DNA of 64,000 nt from Lytechinus pictus (Eukaryota): positions 22,570,001 through 22,634,000 of the forward strand of contig NC_087251.1 in NCBI RefSeq assembly GCF_037042905.1, in the 5' to 3' direction. The notes under the pieces were generated by a model. It was not told the DNA's origin. It was given only the letters and a program-made list of their open reading frames with translations, and did no database searches. Position 1 is the stretch's first letter. Every line of letters begins with the position of its first letter. Shown one piece after another: positions 14,350 to 26,482 of this stretch. The position numbers were made by a program, and so were the translations under genes.

Positions 14350-16917
14350 GAGTGCGAAAAATCTGTAATGATGTCCTCAGTCACTTCTTTCTAGTAGATC
14401 ATGGTTAAAGCGTAAACAAATAAATATTTATTATGAAATTGATACAATACAAAATAATATTTGAGCTTTAGTGCCTTTACTCTATTCAAGCGCTGAAAAG
14501 ATCTCTAAGAAATTCAAAGCCCTCAGAAGAAATGGAGTGAATTGCAAACTTAACTGATCATGGTTACTTACTCTTAAATTCTGGATAATGCATCATCTTG
14601 ATCATGATTATCTATCTATAGTACTTGATAGTCTTTGTGAAATTCCCATTAGCAGATAGGTGAAGCTTCAGCCGCCTCGCATGCAGGGAACATTATCTTT
14701 CATAGGATCATAATAAATATCTTCCATGACCCACAAGGGTCCGTAACACAAAGGTTAGCAATCAATCGTTAAATGACTGTGGCCAATCAAAATCGCTGTG
14801 GCATGGGCATACCCAACATCATCCAATCAGAAACATTTTTCTACGTATACAATTGATTTCAAATACTTAAGTTAATGGGTCCGGATTATTATTCTTCATT
14901 ACTTGATAGGAAGCTGATAATTGCCTGGTATAAGTATCCATTCACGTAAGCCGTTCTCTAAATTGCATTTCATTAATGAAATACTGAATGCAGGATGGGT
15001 TGGTAGTATGACCGCATAACCAACGCATACATTATTTTGAAAGGTTTGTAGCTTGGTAGAGCATTTAATAAGCATATTAAGACTAAAAGAATCAACGATA
15101 AAGTTTGAAATCTATTCATATTTCATTGAAACATTTTCCCAAGATATTCACGTCGGAATGCTGCATTTCCGAATTAGAATTTTACTTTATCAATGAGTAA
15201 AACTAGGTTTATTTGACAAATGCAAAAATTCATGAGGAGTAGTTGAACTCTAAATAGAACCAAAAAAGTTGAAATTTACTGTGATAAATACAAAAAGAAA
15301 CGAGGAGGGGGGGGGGTTGATCTTGTTGGTTTCCATATTACACTCTAAATACAATAGGCGATAAGGACGGAAATGGCGGAGTAGTTTTCCACCCTTATAA
15401 TCAAATGCTGTCACTCCTCGTCCCTTTTATACCCCTCTACCTCCTTTCATACTTTTTTGGAGTGTAAAATTTCTTTTGGATTATTTCGAGCCTAAATCTC
15501 GTATCACTGTGGAGAAGTGCATTACTATTAACATGGTATGGTTAGCTAATTTATGAGGTATTGTACTCTGGTTGGTTTTAATTCTCTTCATTTCGACGTT
15601 TAGCTCTTAAATGAGTTATCATGAAGGTTGTCAAGATGGCGGAATACTTATGGCAGTTGAGGGGAGGGGTGTCAATGAAATGCCATTTGATAGACGAGTT
15701 GCTCATCCATTAGTAGCATTACATAGAGTGTTTCTGCATCTGCGTCCATTTTGGATGATCTTTTTGCTCCGATAAAGATGGATAATTGAATCATTCTTCC
15801 ATGTCCTCTACCTTTTTAACATGACATCCCCAGTGATTTGAATATGCTGTCAGAATCATCATTTCTGCTACTTATTAAGACTGGGTTGTCACATTCAGTC
15901 CCATTCATAAACCGAAAATATTCAGAGTTGGCAGAAAAATCTGTCTGTCAGGTTATCATTAGATTTTTTCAAATGGGGAGGTAAATACCTTTTTGTCATG
16001 GTCGTTGTTAGAGTCTTGTAAAATGTTATTTCCTGTACAAAAACAATACTTGTTCCTATATTTGATTCCACCATGTTTTATTATGACAATAAACTCTTAA
16101 ACTTGGACTTGAATTTGAACTATAATATTTATATTTATCTCTGCTGATTGGAGGGCATGGCCTAGGTACGAATTACACCATTATGCGTGATGCGAAAACC
16201 ATGAAGGTGATATACCACAGCCAAGTTGAATAGCATCAGCTACAATCCAAAACAGCCCTGCTAGCCTTAATACCCATAATGCAACATGTTGATTATGTAG
16301 GAATATACTAACATCCCATACAGTGGTGATACATTTGTCAAATCTACTTTTTACTACATTCATACCACATAATTGCTAAGGCCTGAATGATCACAGATTG
16401 GCAAAATTGATTATATCGCAAACAACAGTATGCGTATAGATATACCACACCCATTGTGTATTTGATCTCTTTGGTCGGCAGCTCCCCCTTATAAAAAGTA
16501 CGTTCGGATCGTGTTTCATTGGATTTTATCTTGTCCTTTTATATTGATCATGTAAATTACTAAACAAAAAAAATCTAATTGTGTTCGAAAACAGGTCGAT
16601 TTCCTATTACACAGAAGCAGGAGGTCGATTCCACCCTGTTAAGTTGATCGGTATGTTAGTGAAACCTAGTAATATCAAGGTTCGAGTATATGAGTCGGCG
16701 TCGATATTTTGTCCGTGGCCATGACGTAGTGTTCTTCACTAAATAATATCGTGAGGTAACATTCTGGAAGTGTCGTAAAGGGCTTGCAAGAGTGGACCTG
16801 TATGTTCTGAATTAGGGATGTTGTGACTGGGCCTTCATACTCACATTTTGAATTATGGAAAGAATCTACTGAGTAAACTTTATGAACATCGGTTGCGAGT
16901 ATCCAGAATATACACCT

Positions 16918-17059
16918 GGGACCTGTTGCATTAAACTTTTGACATAAAAAAAACTCTGGCGATTTTTTTTTTATGCCATAGTTTTTTATGTGTAACTTTC
17001 AATGGCATCATTTTTATGCCAGAGTTTTTTTATGGCAAAAGTTTTATGCAACGGGTCCC
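16918..17059. mobile_element. MITE
   Basis: TIRs gggacctgttgcat..aactttt / aaaagttttatgcaacgggtccc with further internal inverted matches. Confidence 0.65.
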
Positions 17060-17063
17060 TGGT

Positions 17064-17234
17064 GGGTGTTTCATAAAGCTGTTCGTAAATTAAGAGCGAC
17101 TTTAAGAACGACTGGTGATCCTTCCTTGTGGTAAATGGTATATTCATTATTGGCGATGGTTAAGCGCGTAAGAAAGGTTCACCAGCCGTTCGTAAAGTCG
17201 CTCTTAACTTACGAACAGCTTTATGAAACGACCC
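17064..17234. mobile_element. MITE
   Basis: TIRs of about 55 bp: gggtgtttcataaagctgttcgtaa.ttaagagcgacttta / taaagtcgctcttaacttacgaacagctttatgaaac. Confidence 0.75.
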
Positions 17235-17382
17235 TCTGGTCCTTAGTTCGGGGGCATATACCCTTGACTACCCAAGTCACGCACTTGAGAATAACGTTTA
17301 CTGCAGAACTTTTCTTTCGTAGCGAGAGTAGTGTGTGAACACTTGGATGTTGTAATTTTCCCATAGTTTGTGGTCTTTTATA

Positions 17383-17705
17383 CACTGTTAGAAAATTTCT
17401 ACTTAAAAAAACATAAAGTCCTGCAGCAGAGTCTCGAGAACACCTGTAATCTGACTGCACTGTGTAATCTTACATGCATTTGTGTAAAATTACAGAAAAT
17501 AGATATTAGTGTTTGTAACCTTACAAATTTATTGTAATGAAACTGTTTTCCCCCTTTTTAAAACAGACCTGTTCTGCAAATTTCTATTAAAAATGTATAA
17601 AATCTTTGCTGTTTTAACAAGTTACAGAATGATTTGGTTATTTCTTTCTGTAAAATCTGTTTTATAATTTTTCTTCTATAAAATCTTATGTTTTTTCTAA
17701 CAGTG
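17383..17705. mobile_element. Non-autonomous element with CACT termini (CMC/EnSpm-like)
   Basis: TIRs cactgttagaaaa / ttttctaacagtg; internal ttacag/ctgtaa short repeats. Confidence 0.55.
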
Positions 17706-18410
17706 AAGTAATAGTTATATCCATAATTCAAAGGATTTTGAGATATATGACGTCATCTTCATTTTGTTAGATCAATGGTGATTATCCAGTCAGATCATAA
17801 AAATGAAAAAAGAGAATACATTGATGTTATTATTCTGATACAGCCATCAGTGCATCGAACAAGTAAACAAACCAATCAATCACATATCCAGATCACTGCG
17901 ATGACACGCCTTGCGATGACACGCCTTGCGTATCGATGAGGTCTGATCATGAGGATTTTGATTTCCCTCGCCTGATTATATGAAATATTGTGCTTTGTGG
18001 AGGTTTTAGGCCATAAATGGTGGTAAAGTCCATGGCAATTGAAAAAAAAAATCTTTCTTAAATTTAAAAATTAATTTGAAGTAATTTTCATAATGGATCT
18101 AATGGCGATGGTTTTTAACTTTAGTCTAACATGTCTAAGAAAACTACGAACATTGACAAAGAAATACTATTACTATAATAAGCATCCAGATGTGATATTA
18201 TAAAATAAGCGTCATTGTATCTTAAGTCATTCTGCATGTTCTGATAAATATACAAATATCCCTTTTCATACCAGACCCTTCGTTTGATAAATATGCACAG
18301 AGTTCGTTTCCAGTCTGTTGTACCATTTAATGATTGGAATAACATTATGTGATTAAAGATAATAATTCACAACATGTGCACTGTTTGTAAACTTGGTACT
18401 TCGTACATTA

Positions 18411-19905
18411 CACTGGCGTAAATCCCGGGGGGGATGGGGGGGATATATCCCCCCCACTTTTCGAGGAGGGGGGGATGGCCTGTACAAACATCCCCCCCCC
18501 CCCCCACTTTTTACGAAAGAAATGAAAAAAAAATCACAAGAGATAATTGTTTTATTGGTGAAAATTCTTCCAAAAATACCGCTTAACAAATAAAATAATA
18601 TTATTGAATCATAAAATGCAAATAAAGAGCCAGTTCACCATTTCCAAACGAAATACTTATGTCCTTATTATAACATTGAAGAGAAACCCCCATTTCTTCC
18701 AATTCATCAATGTTGGGGTCTTTGGGAAGGGATTAAGATGGAATGTCAAAAATTTGTTGAATGTAATCTCTAATAAAACCATTAAACCATCATGGGGTAA
18801 AAAAGATAATAATATTGGAGTTGTATTTGCCATATGGACATACAGTGGCGTAAGTACGGGGGACATGGGGGGCACATCCCCCCCCCCCATCGGCTGACCC
18901 AAAACAAAAACGGGGAATGGGGGAAAAGGAGAAAAGAGGTAGAAAGGAAGAGAAACGTAGTGGGAAAGAAGAAAATATTATTCATTAGAATGTTATATTA
19001 TATTATAACTATGTTAAGTTACATTACATAATAAACATTTTTATCATAACTTTATGAAACCTAATTTGCCCAGTGCCTATACGTCTTCAGTGTTCCTGGT
19101 GCTCGCATTGTCTGTTTAACGAGATATATAATCCTGTTGTACTAAAACATCCCGTTTTCAAGTCAATATAAACCAAATATATTTCCTAGCACTTGAGTTA
19201 TCATTGTTTTATGTAGTGACATATGCTTCTTTTTCATGACTCAAAAGTGATTGCCCCATGTTAAGTTCTTCGTATATATGAAACATTTCCTGTCCGTGAT
19301 TACGTTCGCATTTAATGCGAACGTAATCACGGACAGATTGGTGAGATATGTGTGCTCTTCATGAATTCCTAAAATCAGACCTTAAAATGTCCCTTCTTCT
19401 GATCTGGATATCAAAAATTTTCAGCTCGCGCTTCGCGCTCGCATCATTTGGTTAATGAAATACGTATGGTCCTAGTTAATTCCTACAAAGAAACCTTAGA
19501 ATGCCCCACTTCAGGTCTGAATTATCTAAGTTTTCAGCTCGCGCTTCGCGCTCGCATCTTTAAGCGAGACAGGTACCTATCATGATTACACAAATTTGAT
19601 TATAATGTCCCTTTTTAGGTGTGAATATAAAAAAATTTCAGCTCGCGCTTCGCGCTCGCATTATTTGATGAGTGAGATACATATCCGTTTAATGACATTG
19701 TCCTTAAAATATCTCTATTAGGTCACTCACTCAGTCATTCAAAAATTTTGCTGGTGCCCCCCCCCCATGCCGTGACCCACGGTCGCCACTGTGGACATAT
19801 CAATGACAATTCCTTGCATAATGCATATCTAAAAACATGATTGCAAAAAAATGCCAAAATATTTCAATCATCCCCCCCACCCATCAACACGGATTTACGC
19901 CAGTG
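18411..19905. mobile_element. Non-autonomous hAT element (outer of a nested pair)
   Basis: TIRs cactggcgtaaatcc / ggatttacgccagtg; perfect 8-bp TSD gtacatta at 18403-18410 and 19906-19913. Confidence 0.88.
18843..19791. mobile_element. Non-autonomous hAT element (inner, nested)
   Basis: Termini cagtggcg / cgccactg; perfect 8-bp TSD tggacata at 18835-18842 and 19792-19799; three internal tttcagctcgcgcttcgcgctcgcat repeats. Confidence 0.88.
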
Positions 19906-22900
19906 GTACATTACCTTCAGAGTTGGTTGTTTGTGGGTCATCGTCAGTAAAAGGTGGTCAAGTGATCGTCAATGCAATTGGTGTGAAAACTTGAGGGACA
20001 TGACATCACAACGCCAGATGGTATGAAATATGACGCCGATGACGTTTCATAGGAATTTTCATATGTCAAATTTTAAGTACATGTTAAGTTTATACTCATT
20101 ATGCACTGCAAGGTAGATATATGCTATTTACGTGTTGGCATTCGAACTGCCAATTGTGCATCAGTAGATTGAAAATTCATCACAAATGTATCGCTATATC
20201 CATGTCCACGTCACAAAGAATTGAAAAAATCAAATAGGAGCTAAAATTTCGTTTACTTAGCACCCTCATGCAATGAAATTGCAGTATATTAATCGTTTTA
20301 AATAAAGTTGGGTCATAAACTGTGTGCAATAAAATTCGATCCGGTTTCCCTCATTTGTAACTACATGAAGCGGATAATCATTGTAAAGCTGTGATTCAGT
20401 TGTATATTCATATTGGTTGCTTTTTGGATGCGATACAAAATTTCTGAGAAAAAAAAGACTCGTGGGTGAGCAGAAAATATTTTTTTGCAATTAGTAAATG
20501 GCGTTGTTGTTGAACTTGCATCACAAAATTAAAATATTGATATAACTTTTGCAGAAATACAGATATTTGAATAACTGTAATTATATTGGAATACAATAAA
20601 GTTGTACAATAAAGTTGTATATACCATAAAAACAAATTACATGTAAAAAAATGATAATTTGTGACCTCAACCCCCCCCCCCAAAAAAAAAAAGAATACCA
20701 ATGGTTAATGCTCATGATCTGGTTACAGGTTTCGAGATGTAAATGGGCAGTCCGCCCGTCCTATGTCACTTCCTCCTTTACACCAACCAACAGTGAAGAA
20801 GACAGAGAAACTCGATATTCCTGGGTGACAGAGGTTTTCCCACGAGATATAGGTGCCCCCTAGATGGATGTTAGGGAGCTCCATATTACATGAACCTTGT
20901 CTGTTGATTAACTTACAGAGTTATTACTTAGTGCTATACCTACTTGTAATGATGCATTAGATAGGTTGATTATTTACGGCAAATACAAAGGTTGTGGTGC
21001 ATCCGTCCCCATCACGATCAATGGCGATACATAGGCATCAAAGAAAAATATATATTTTTATAAATATAGATTTTTTTTATTGCCAAAATATGCTTATCGC
21101 TCCTGTCTTCTTCGTATAAACATGTTATCAGTCGCTCGGAGTGAAATAGCTGTCAATTTCAACCCTGTTTCCTGATCCCACTATAATGGGATCGTTTTGG
21201 TGAGTGTAGACGCGGACCTAAAGGTGTAGGTTCATGGTGTAAAAGAACAGGAAAACCAAGAAACTTTAGATACCCAAATCTCTTGCGGTACTGCATGGCG
21301 ACGACGTGCACAGACTCTCGTATTTGATCTTCTTACATCAGTACCTCAGTTAATGTTTCTTATGGATTGTCAGTTACCTTCTTCTCACACCTCTGTTGGC
21401 TGTGCTTGTAATACACACATTTATATTGCTTACAACTCTCTCACGTTTTCCAGTCTGCCCTCTCTTTTTTTTTCGTGTTAGAAAGTTTCCATGCCTCCGA
21501 ATTAGTTTCCCCAAAGACGATAGCAAAAATGGCTCCTTCGTGGTTTCTCATATCATGTAGATTTTCTTTTTATATTAGTGTATCTGCCGCATTTTGCTGA
21601 GTTTACCCCCAACACACTTACCCCTTTTACGACATCAGATAATGATTAACAGCAACGCTCCTCATTTTGATATCTATCAATCCTTCCTATGCTACACGTC
21701 TACACCCTTAACTGTATTTTGTTTGTTTGATAGTGTAGGGCTGAGTGTGTGTGTGAGGGTGTGCGTGAGGGTGTGTGGAATTGTCTCATGTCTCTATTCC
21801 CGCTCATCCTCTCACTGCTTCTTTATATCGGACTCTCTCCCCCACTCGCTATTCCCCCCACACACACGCACGTACATGCACACATCCACATATCCTCGCG
21901 CGCACATGGACACATACCCACATGCACTCTATTTTATATTTTCATTACTACTCTTACTCGTGCTTCTGTTTTGTTTCTTGGAGCTTATCTTATTAGGACG
22001 GTTTCCAGTCTGTCCTCTCCTTTGTTCGTGTTACTAAGTGCATGCCCCCAAAGTGTTCCCAAAGACGATAGCAAAAATGCTATAACCAATACTTTAGAAG
22101 GAGCAGACATGACCGATAGTCAATATTACGAATAACAAACCATCATTCCAGTGTCGCCTTTTATTAATCTTTTGGGTTTTTTTTTAATACTAACTTTTCA
22201 TTTTTCATTTGGCAAATGGAACACCTCTACAGGATGTCTTAGAGCAACTTCCACTTACCCCATTTCAAATTCTGTATTTAGATTTTAATTCTTGGATCTA
22301 AGTTGCTTTCAGTCTTTTTAAGTAGCAAGCTCCCCCGAGCCACAACTCGTGTTACCATCCGTTACCTGTGTATTAAGTTGTCATACATGTGTCCTAGAAT
22401 TTCACTGAATGTGAATAGCATGGCAATGCAGGAGAACTCGATGAACACGGTGAAAGCTTTCTTAACTTGAAATAGAACAGAATTTGTCTTCTAAGTTTCC
22501 TTTTAGGATTTTTCAACTGAACAAAAAAAAAATCCGGAAATATAAGATGAAAAGGCTCTGTGATGAAATAGAAAGTATTTACTCTCCAAATGAAGCATGT
22601 TTGATAATTATTTCTGGGCAAGAATAGCTGGTAGAAACTAGCTTTGTAGCTTAGATTGAGACAAGTTCAGTCAACGAAAGAAAATGTGCGATAACAAAGC
22701 AGTAAATCTGCATGTTGCGATGGATGGCTTCCAGTTTTCATGGAAACGGTTACCGTGGTAACGGTCGAAGCTGTGTGAAATATAGACAATGATCCATTTC
22801 AAAACTAATTTACCTTAAAAAAAATAAAAAGTTAAGGGTTTTGTTAATGCTAGAGCTATTCCATTGTTATACAATGATGTCATCGCCTTATTTTTAAGGT

Positions 22901-25520
22901 TTTTAATCTAGAGGTTTTAAGATAATCCTAACATCCACGTTTCTTTTAAGGGCATTCCTTGCAAAGAGATTTCCACTCATGTTGGGAAAAAAATAACTCG
23001 AGGATAACTACTATGAGCAAAGATTTTTTCTCACATTATTTGTGTTTCATGTAATATACTGGATGAAGACAAAACAGCTCATTAATCACGTCAATAGGCG
23101 ATCAAAGACTGAGGTAGATTTCGTTAGTGAGTTCCCGTTTCAAAGCCTTGAATCTCCCATTATTACTTCCGCTAAAAGGACATTCTGATGGATTAAGTCC
23201 AGTATCATCTCTAGTATGCAATACCATTATAGAGGTAATTATCAATCCTGCACACTTTGTCTTTGTCACAAACTTTCTTTAAACCAATCAACTGCTTGTT
23301 AATTATAGCAATCTGATAACCAACAACATAGTATATTTGAAAAAGAAATACTAAATTGAGTCTATACCCGAGAATAAAATTGTTCAAGCCCTTTCTTAAT
23401 GCAGATCGTAAGTCCGCTCCTCTGAAATAAAGATTATTAAAACAACAACACAAAGGTCTGTATTTTCATAGGAGTTCTCACGTGAATATAAAAAAGTATA
23501 AATAAAATTTATTCAGATCTTCTCTTCTTTTAAGAACTCGACGAGTTACAGACATTTTCATAAATGATATGTAAGGTAAGGTTTGTTTTCGACAAGCAAG
23601 GTTGTGGGAGGGGTAATGATTGCCACCCCAATATATCAAGATCTGCATCGGCTCAACAAAATTTACAATTATCAAGACTTCTCAAAAGAACCCATGAAAG
23701 AATTTACTTTCAATTTTCATTGATAAAACAATTCTAGAAAAAAAAAATCCAGAATTTTTTTTTTTGAAGTGGACAAGCTCTGCTTCATTCACATATTTTA
23801 AGAACCTGCATGTCATGAAATTCCCAAGGCACTGATGAAAATGTCTTCATTTACATTTACAGCGGAGAGGTTAGCCATACTGAGAAAAAGATTCCCAATC
23901 GTTATAACCTAGGTTCTGCTTCTTCTCTACCTATTTAATAGTCTGTTGACGTCGTAAAAATCCCTTAGGTGAAATTACGACTTCAATCCAAGTCGAAAGT
24001 GTGACGCTAGATTCATTATTAAGGCAGATGAAAAGAGCATCCGATTTTTGCACTGATTACAACCTCGCCAGGATTGAAACATTTTTTGAGAGACTCCGTG
24101 TCCGATTGGATAAAGTGTATTGAGTGCATAAAGTCGGGTTTTGTAATGGTAGGGGTTAATCCTTTGAAGAAAAGTGAAGGATAGGTAGGGGTGGCAAGTC
24201 AGCATCCGATGATGACAGCACTACCTTTTGTAAGAAGCACATAAGAATCACCCAAACCTGATCCATGTGGGTTATCGTAAGCCCACATCTTTGTCAATTA
24301 AGGTTTTCAGTCATTCCTACGAAGCCTTTGCCAAACATGGAAACGTGGGCATATGTTTCTTATTACACACATCTGAATGGTAGTAAAAGACGTATTTCAT
24401 GTAAGCTGGCTTACTGCAATTTATCAACATGATCAATGGCTGATAATTCCTAAGAATAATCTAACAGAGTTAAAAGTATAGAAGTATATAAAGAAGTTGA
24501 GTTAACATTGCCCAATATTGTGTAAAAGGGAATTGCTAGTCGGAGTAAAGGGGTAAATTTTAATAGGTAAAAGGGTATTCCATGGGTAAAATTTGACACA
24601 ACACATCGTATAATTATTCATACATTATTGTTTGGAGGTATTTTACCCAACAAAAATTCAGGCTCCCATTTTACCAATAATTTTGTAAATTTTACTCTAT
24701 TTTTTTAAAGAATGTTTACTTCTATTCGAGCTCTGTTGTAGAAATTCCAAAGCATAAGTTTGAATTGATTGTTTTATGTATAGTTATTTCATGTAATTGT
24801 CATAAAACAAAACAAAAACATAAATCACTCGACCTGTTCTACCATTAAAATCAAAGTACGCTTTGTGTCAAATTATTGATTTGTCTCTATTTTTCTCATG
24901 ATTTTTAAGTCATATAAATCATCCTCTACCCTCTCCTCTTCCATTCTACAATGTATTTCCATCAGGAGAGTTTCACATGCAAAGTCCAGTCTAATGCAAT
25001 TGATATTTCTAGCATAACACTACAAAACAGTAGTGTTTTTTTCACTAAAATGCAAATCTAATACAAAGACATGTCTAACATAGTATCATTATTTCATTAA
25101 TGTATTGAATTATGGTGAAACTAATCATATTTCACGTCCAAGTGCATTGTACAGTATCAGGTATGTATAGGTTTCAGCCCACTTTCACATTTGTCCCTTA
25201 TCTAAGGTAGATGGCAACACACTGGATATGCATTTCATGATTAACGTGGTAAGATAATAATAGAGAGCAGCAAACTTTCTACATAAAGATCACACAAAAG
25301 CCTCAAACCACAAATTAAACTGATTATAATACTAGCTACAACAAGGTTCCCTGGTTTGTATATTGATTTATCTTCATTAGATGTTAACGTGGTGTATCGA
25401 AACCTACTGCAGTAGACTTTCACTTTCACTACCGCATAGTTGTTGGGGAAAAAGCAAGAGAATTTGAAGCAAAACTTGCCTCGACCACCACAATAACCAC
25501 CACTATGCCGATCCAGCCAT

Positions 25521-25586
25521 GACGACCAGCACGGCGCGCCGTGCTGGTCGTCCGAACCACACCGCCGCGGCGGTGTGGTTCGGACG
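25521..25586. repeat. Two overlapping perfect GC-rich palindromes (32 and 38 nt)
   Basis: 25521-25552 gacgaccagcacggcg|cgccgtgctggtcgtc and 25549-25586 cgtccgaaccacaccgccg|cggcggtgtggttcggacg. Confidence 0.9.
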
Positions 25587-25840
25587 TACGAAGCGTGCCA
25601 GGAAGCCCAGGAAGCGATCCGCCGGACCGATTTGAAGACCGCCATGCGATGTTCAGACACGTACGATTTGATTCGCAGATCAATTCAGGGTATGAATGGG
25701 ATCACTTTGAAGCGGATAATTGAAAAACATTCGATCAGAGAATAATCGGCTGCCCACATTATAAACTTTAACCACCATCTTATCATCAACAATAACATGA
25801 TGAAAGTCTGTTTTCCCCAACTATGTCCATCACACGTTCA

Positions 25841-26026
25841 TACCTTGGTCACATTTGCTCTACGGCGAGTCGAAAACAGCCGTTTTATTGATTTTAATTC
25901 AAACCACCTATATGTAGTTGGACAAAAAAATGTTAGAACGGCTGTTTTCGACTCGCCGTACGGCCGCCGCGGCGGCCGTACGGCGAGTCGAAAACAGCCG
26001 TTCCGAGAGCAAATGTGACCAAGGTA
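25841..26026. mobile_element. PIF/Harbinger-like MITE, copy 1
   Basis: TIRs taccttggtcacatttgctct / agagcaaatgtgaccaaggta; 3-bp TSD tca; same family as 38982-39147. Confidence 0.85.
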
Positions 26027-26256
26027 TCAATGACTGTGGTGAATTAATATGAAAGGCTGCATGGACTTGAGCAAGACAGTGATATTCGAGTAATAAGCAT
26101 TTTGTAATTCCACATAAATCCCAGTATAATCTTCATTAGATGGAGAATAAGCCTATTTGATCTGAATTTAGACCCATTTCTTTTGTTTTTATATTTATGT
26201 TTGAATGCGTGGGTTTTCATTATTATTTCTATAACCTTAAAAAAAAACTATATCAC

Positions 26257-26482
26257 TCTAAATTACAGGGATTTAAAATAAGTCCAGATGGACTGTAGCT
26301 AGGGACCAATCGATTTCTGAATTTAGTTTTAATCCTAACGACTTAAATTTAAATCTCAAATGATTTAAATTTAAATCTTTCGAGATTTAAAAATGAATCT
26401 TAAGGATTCAAACTAAATCCGGAATTCGATTGGTCCCTAACTACAGTCCATGTGGACTTGTTTTAAATCCCTGTAATTTAGA
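26257..26482. mobile_element. Palindromic MITE
   Basis: Arms of about 80 bp: tctaaattacagggatttaaaa..gtcca..tggactgtag.tagggaccaatcga and its reverse complement. Confidence 0.75.

Noticed and set aside
19415..19662. Regularly spaced 26-nt repeats resembling a CRISPR array
   Set aside because: They are internal subterminal repeats of a TSD-bounded hAT element.
25241..25723. Overlapping ORFs on both strands
   Set aside because: Explained by GC-rich palindromes lacking stops; no recognisable domain.
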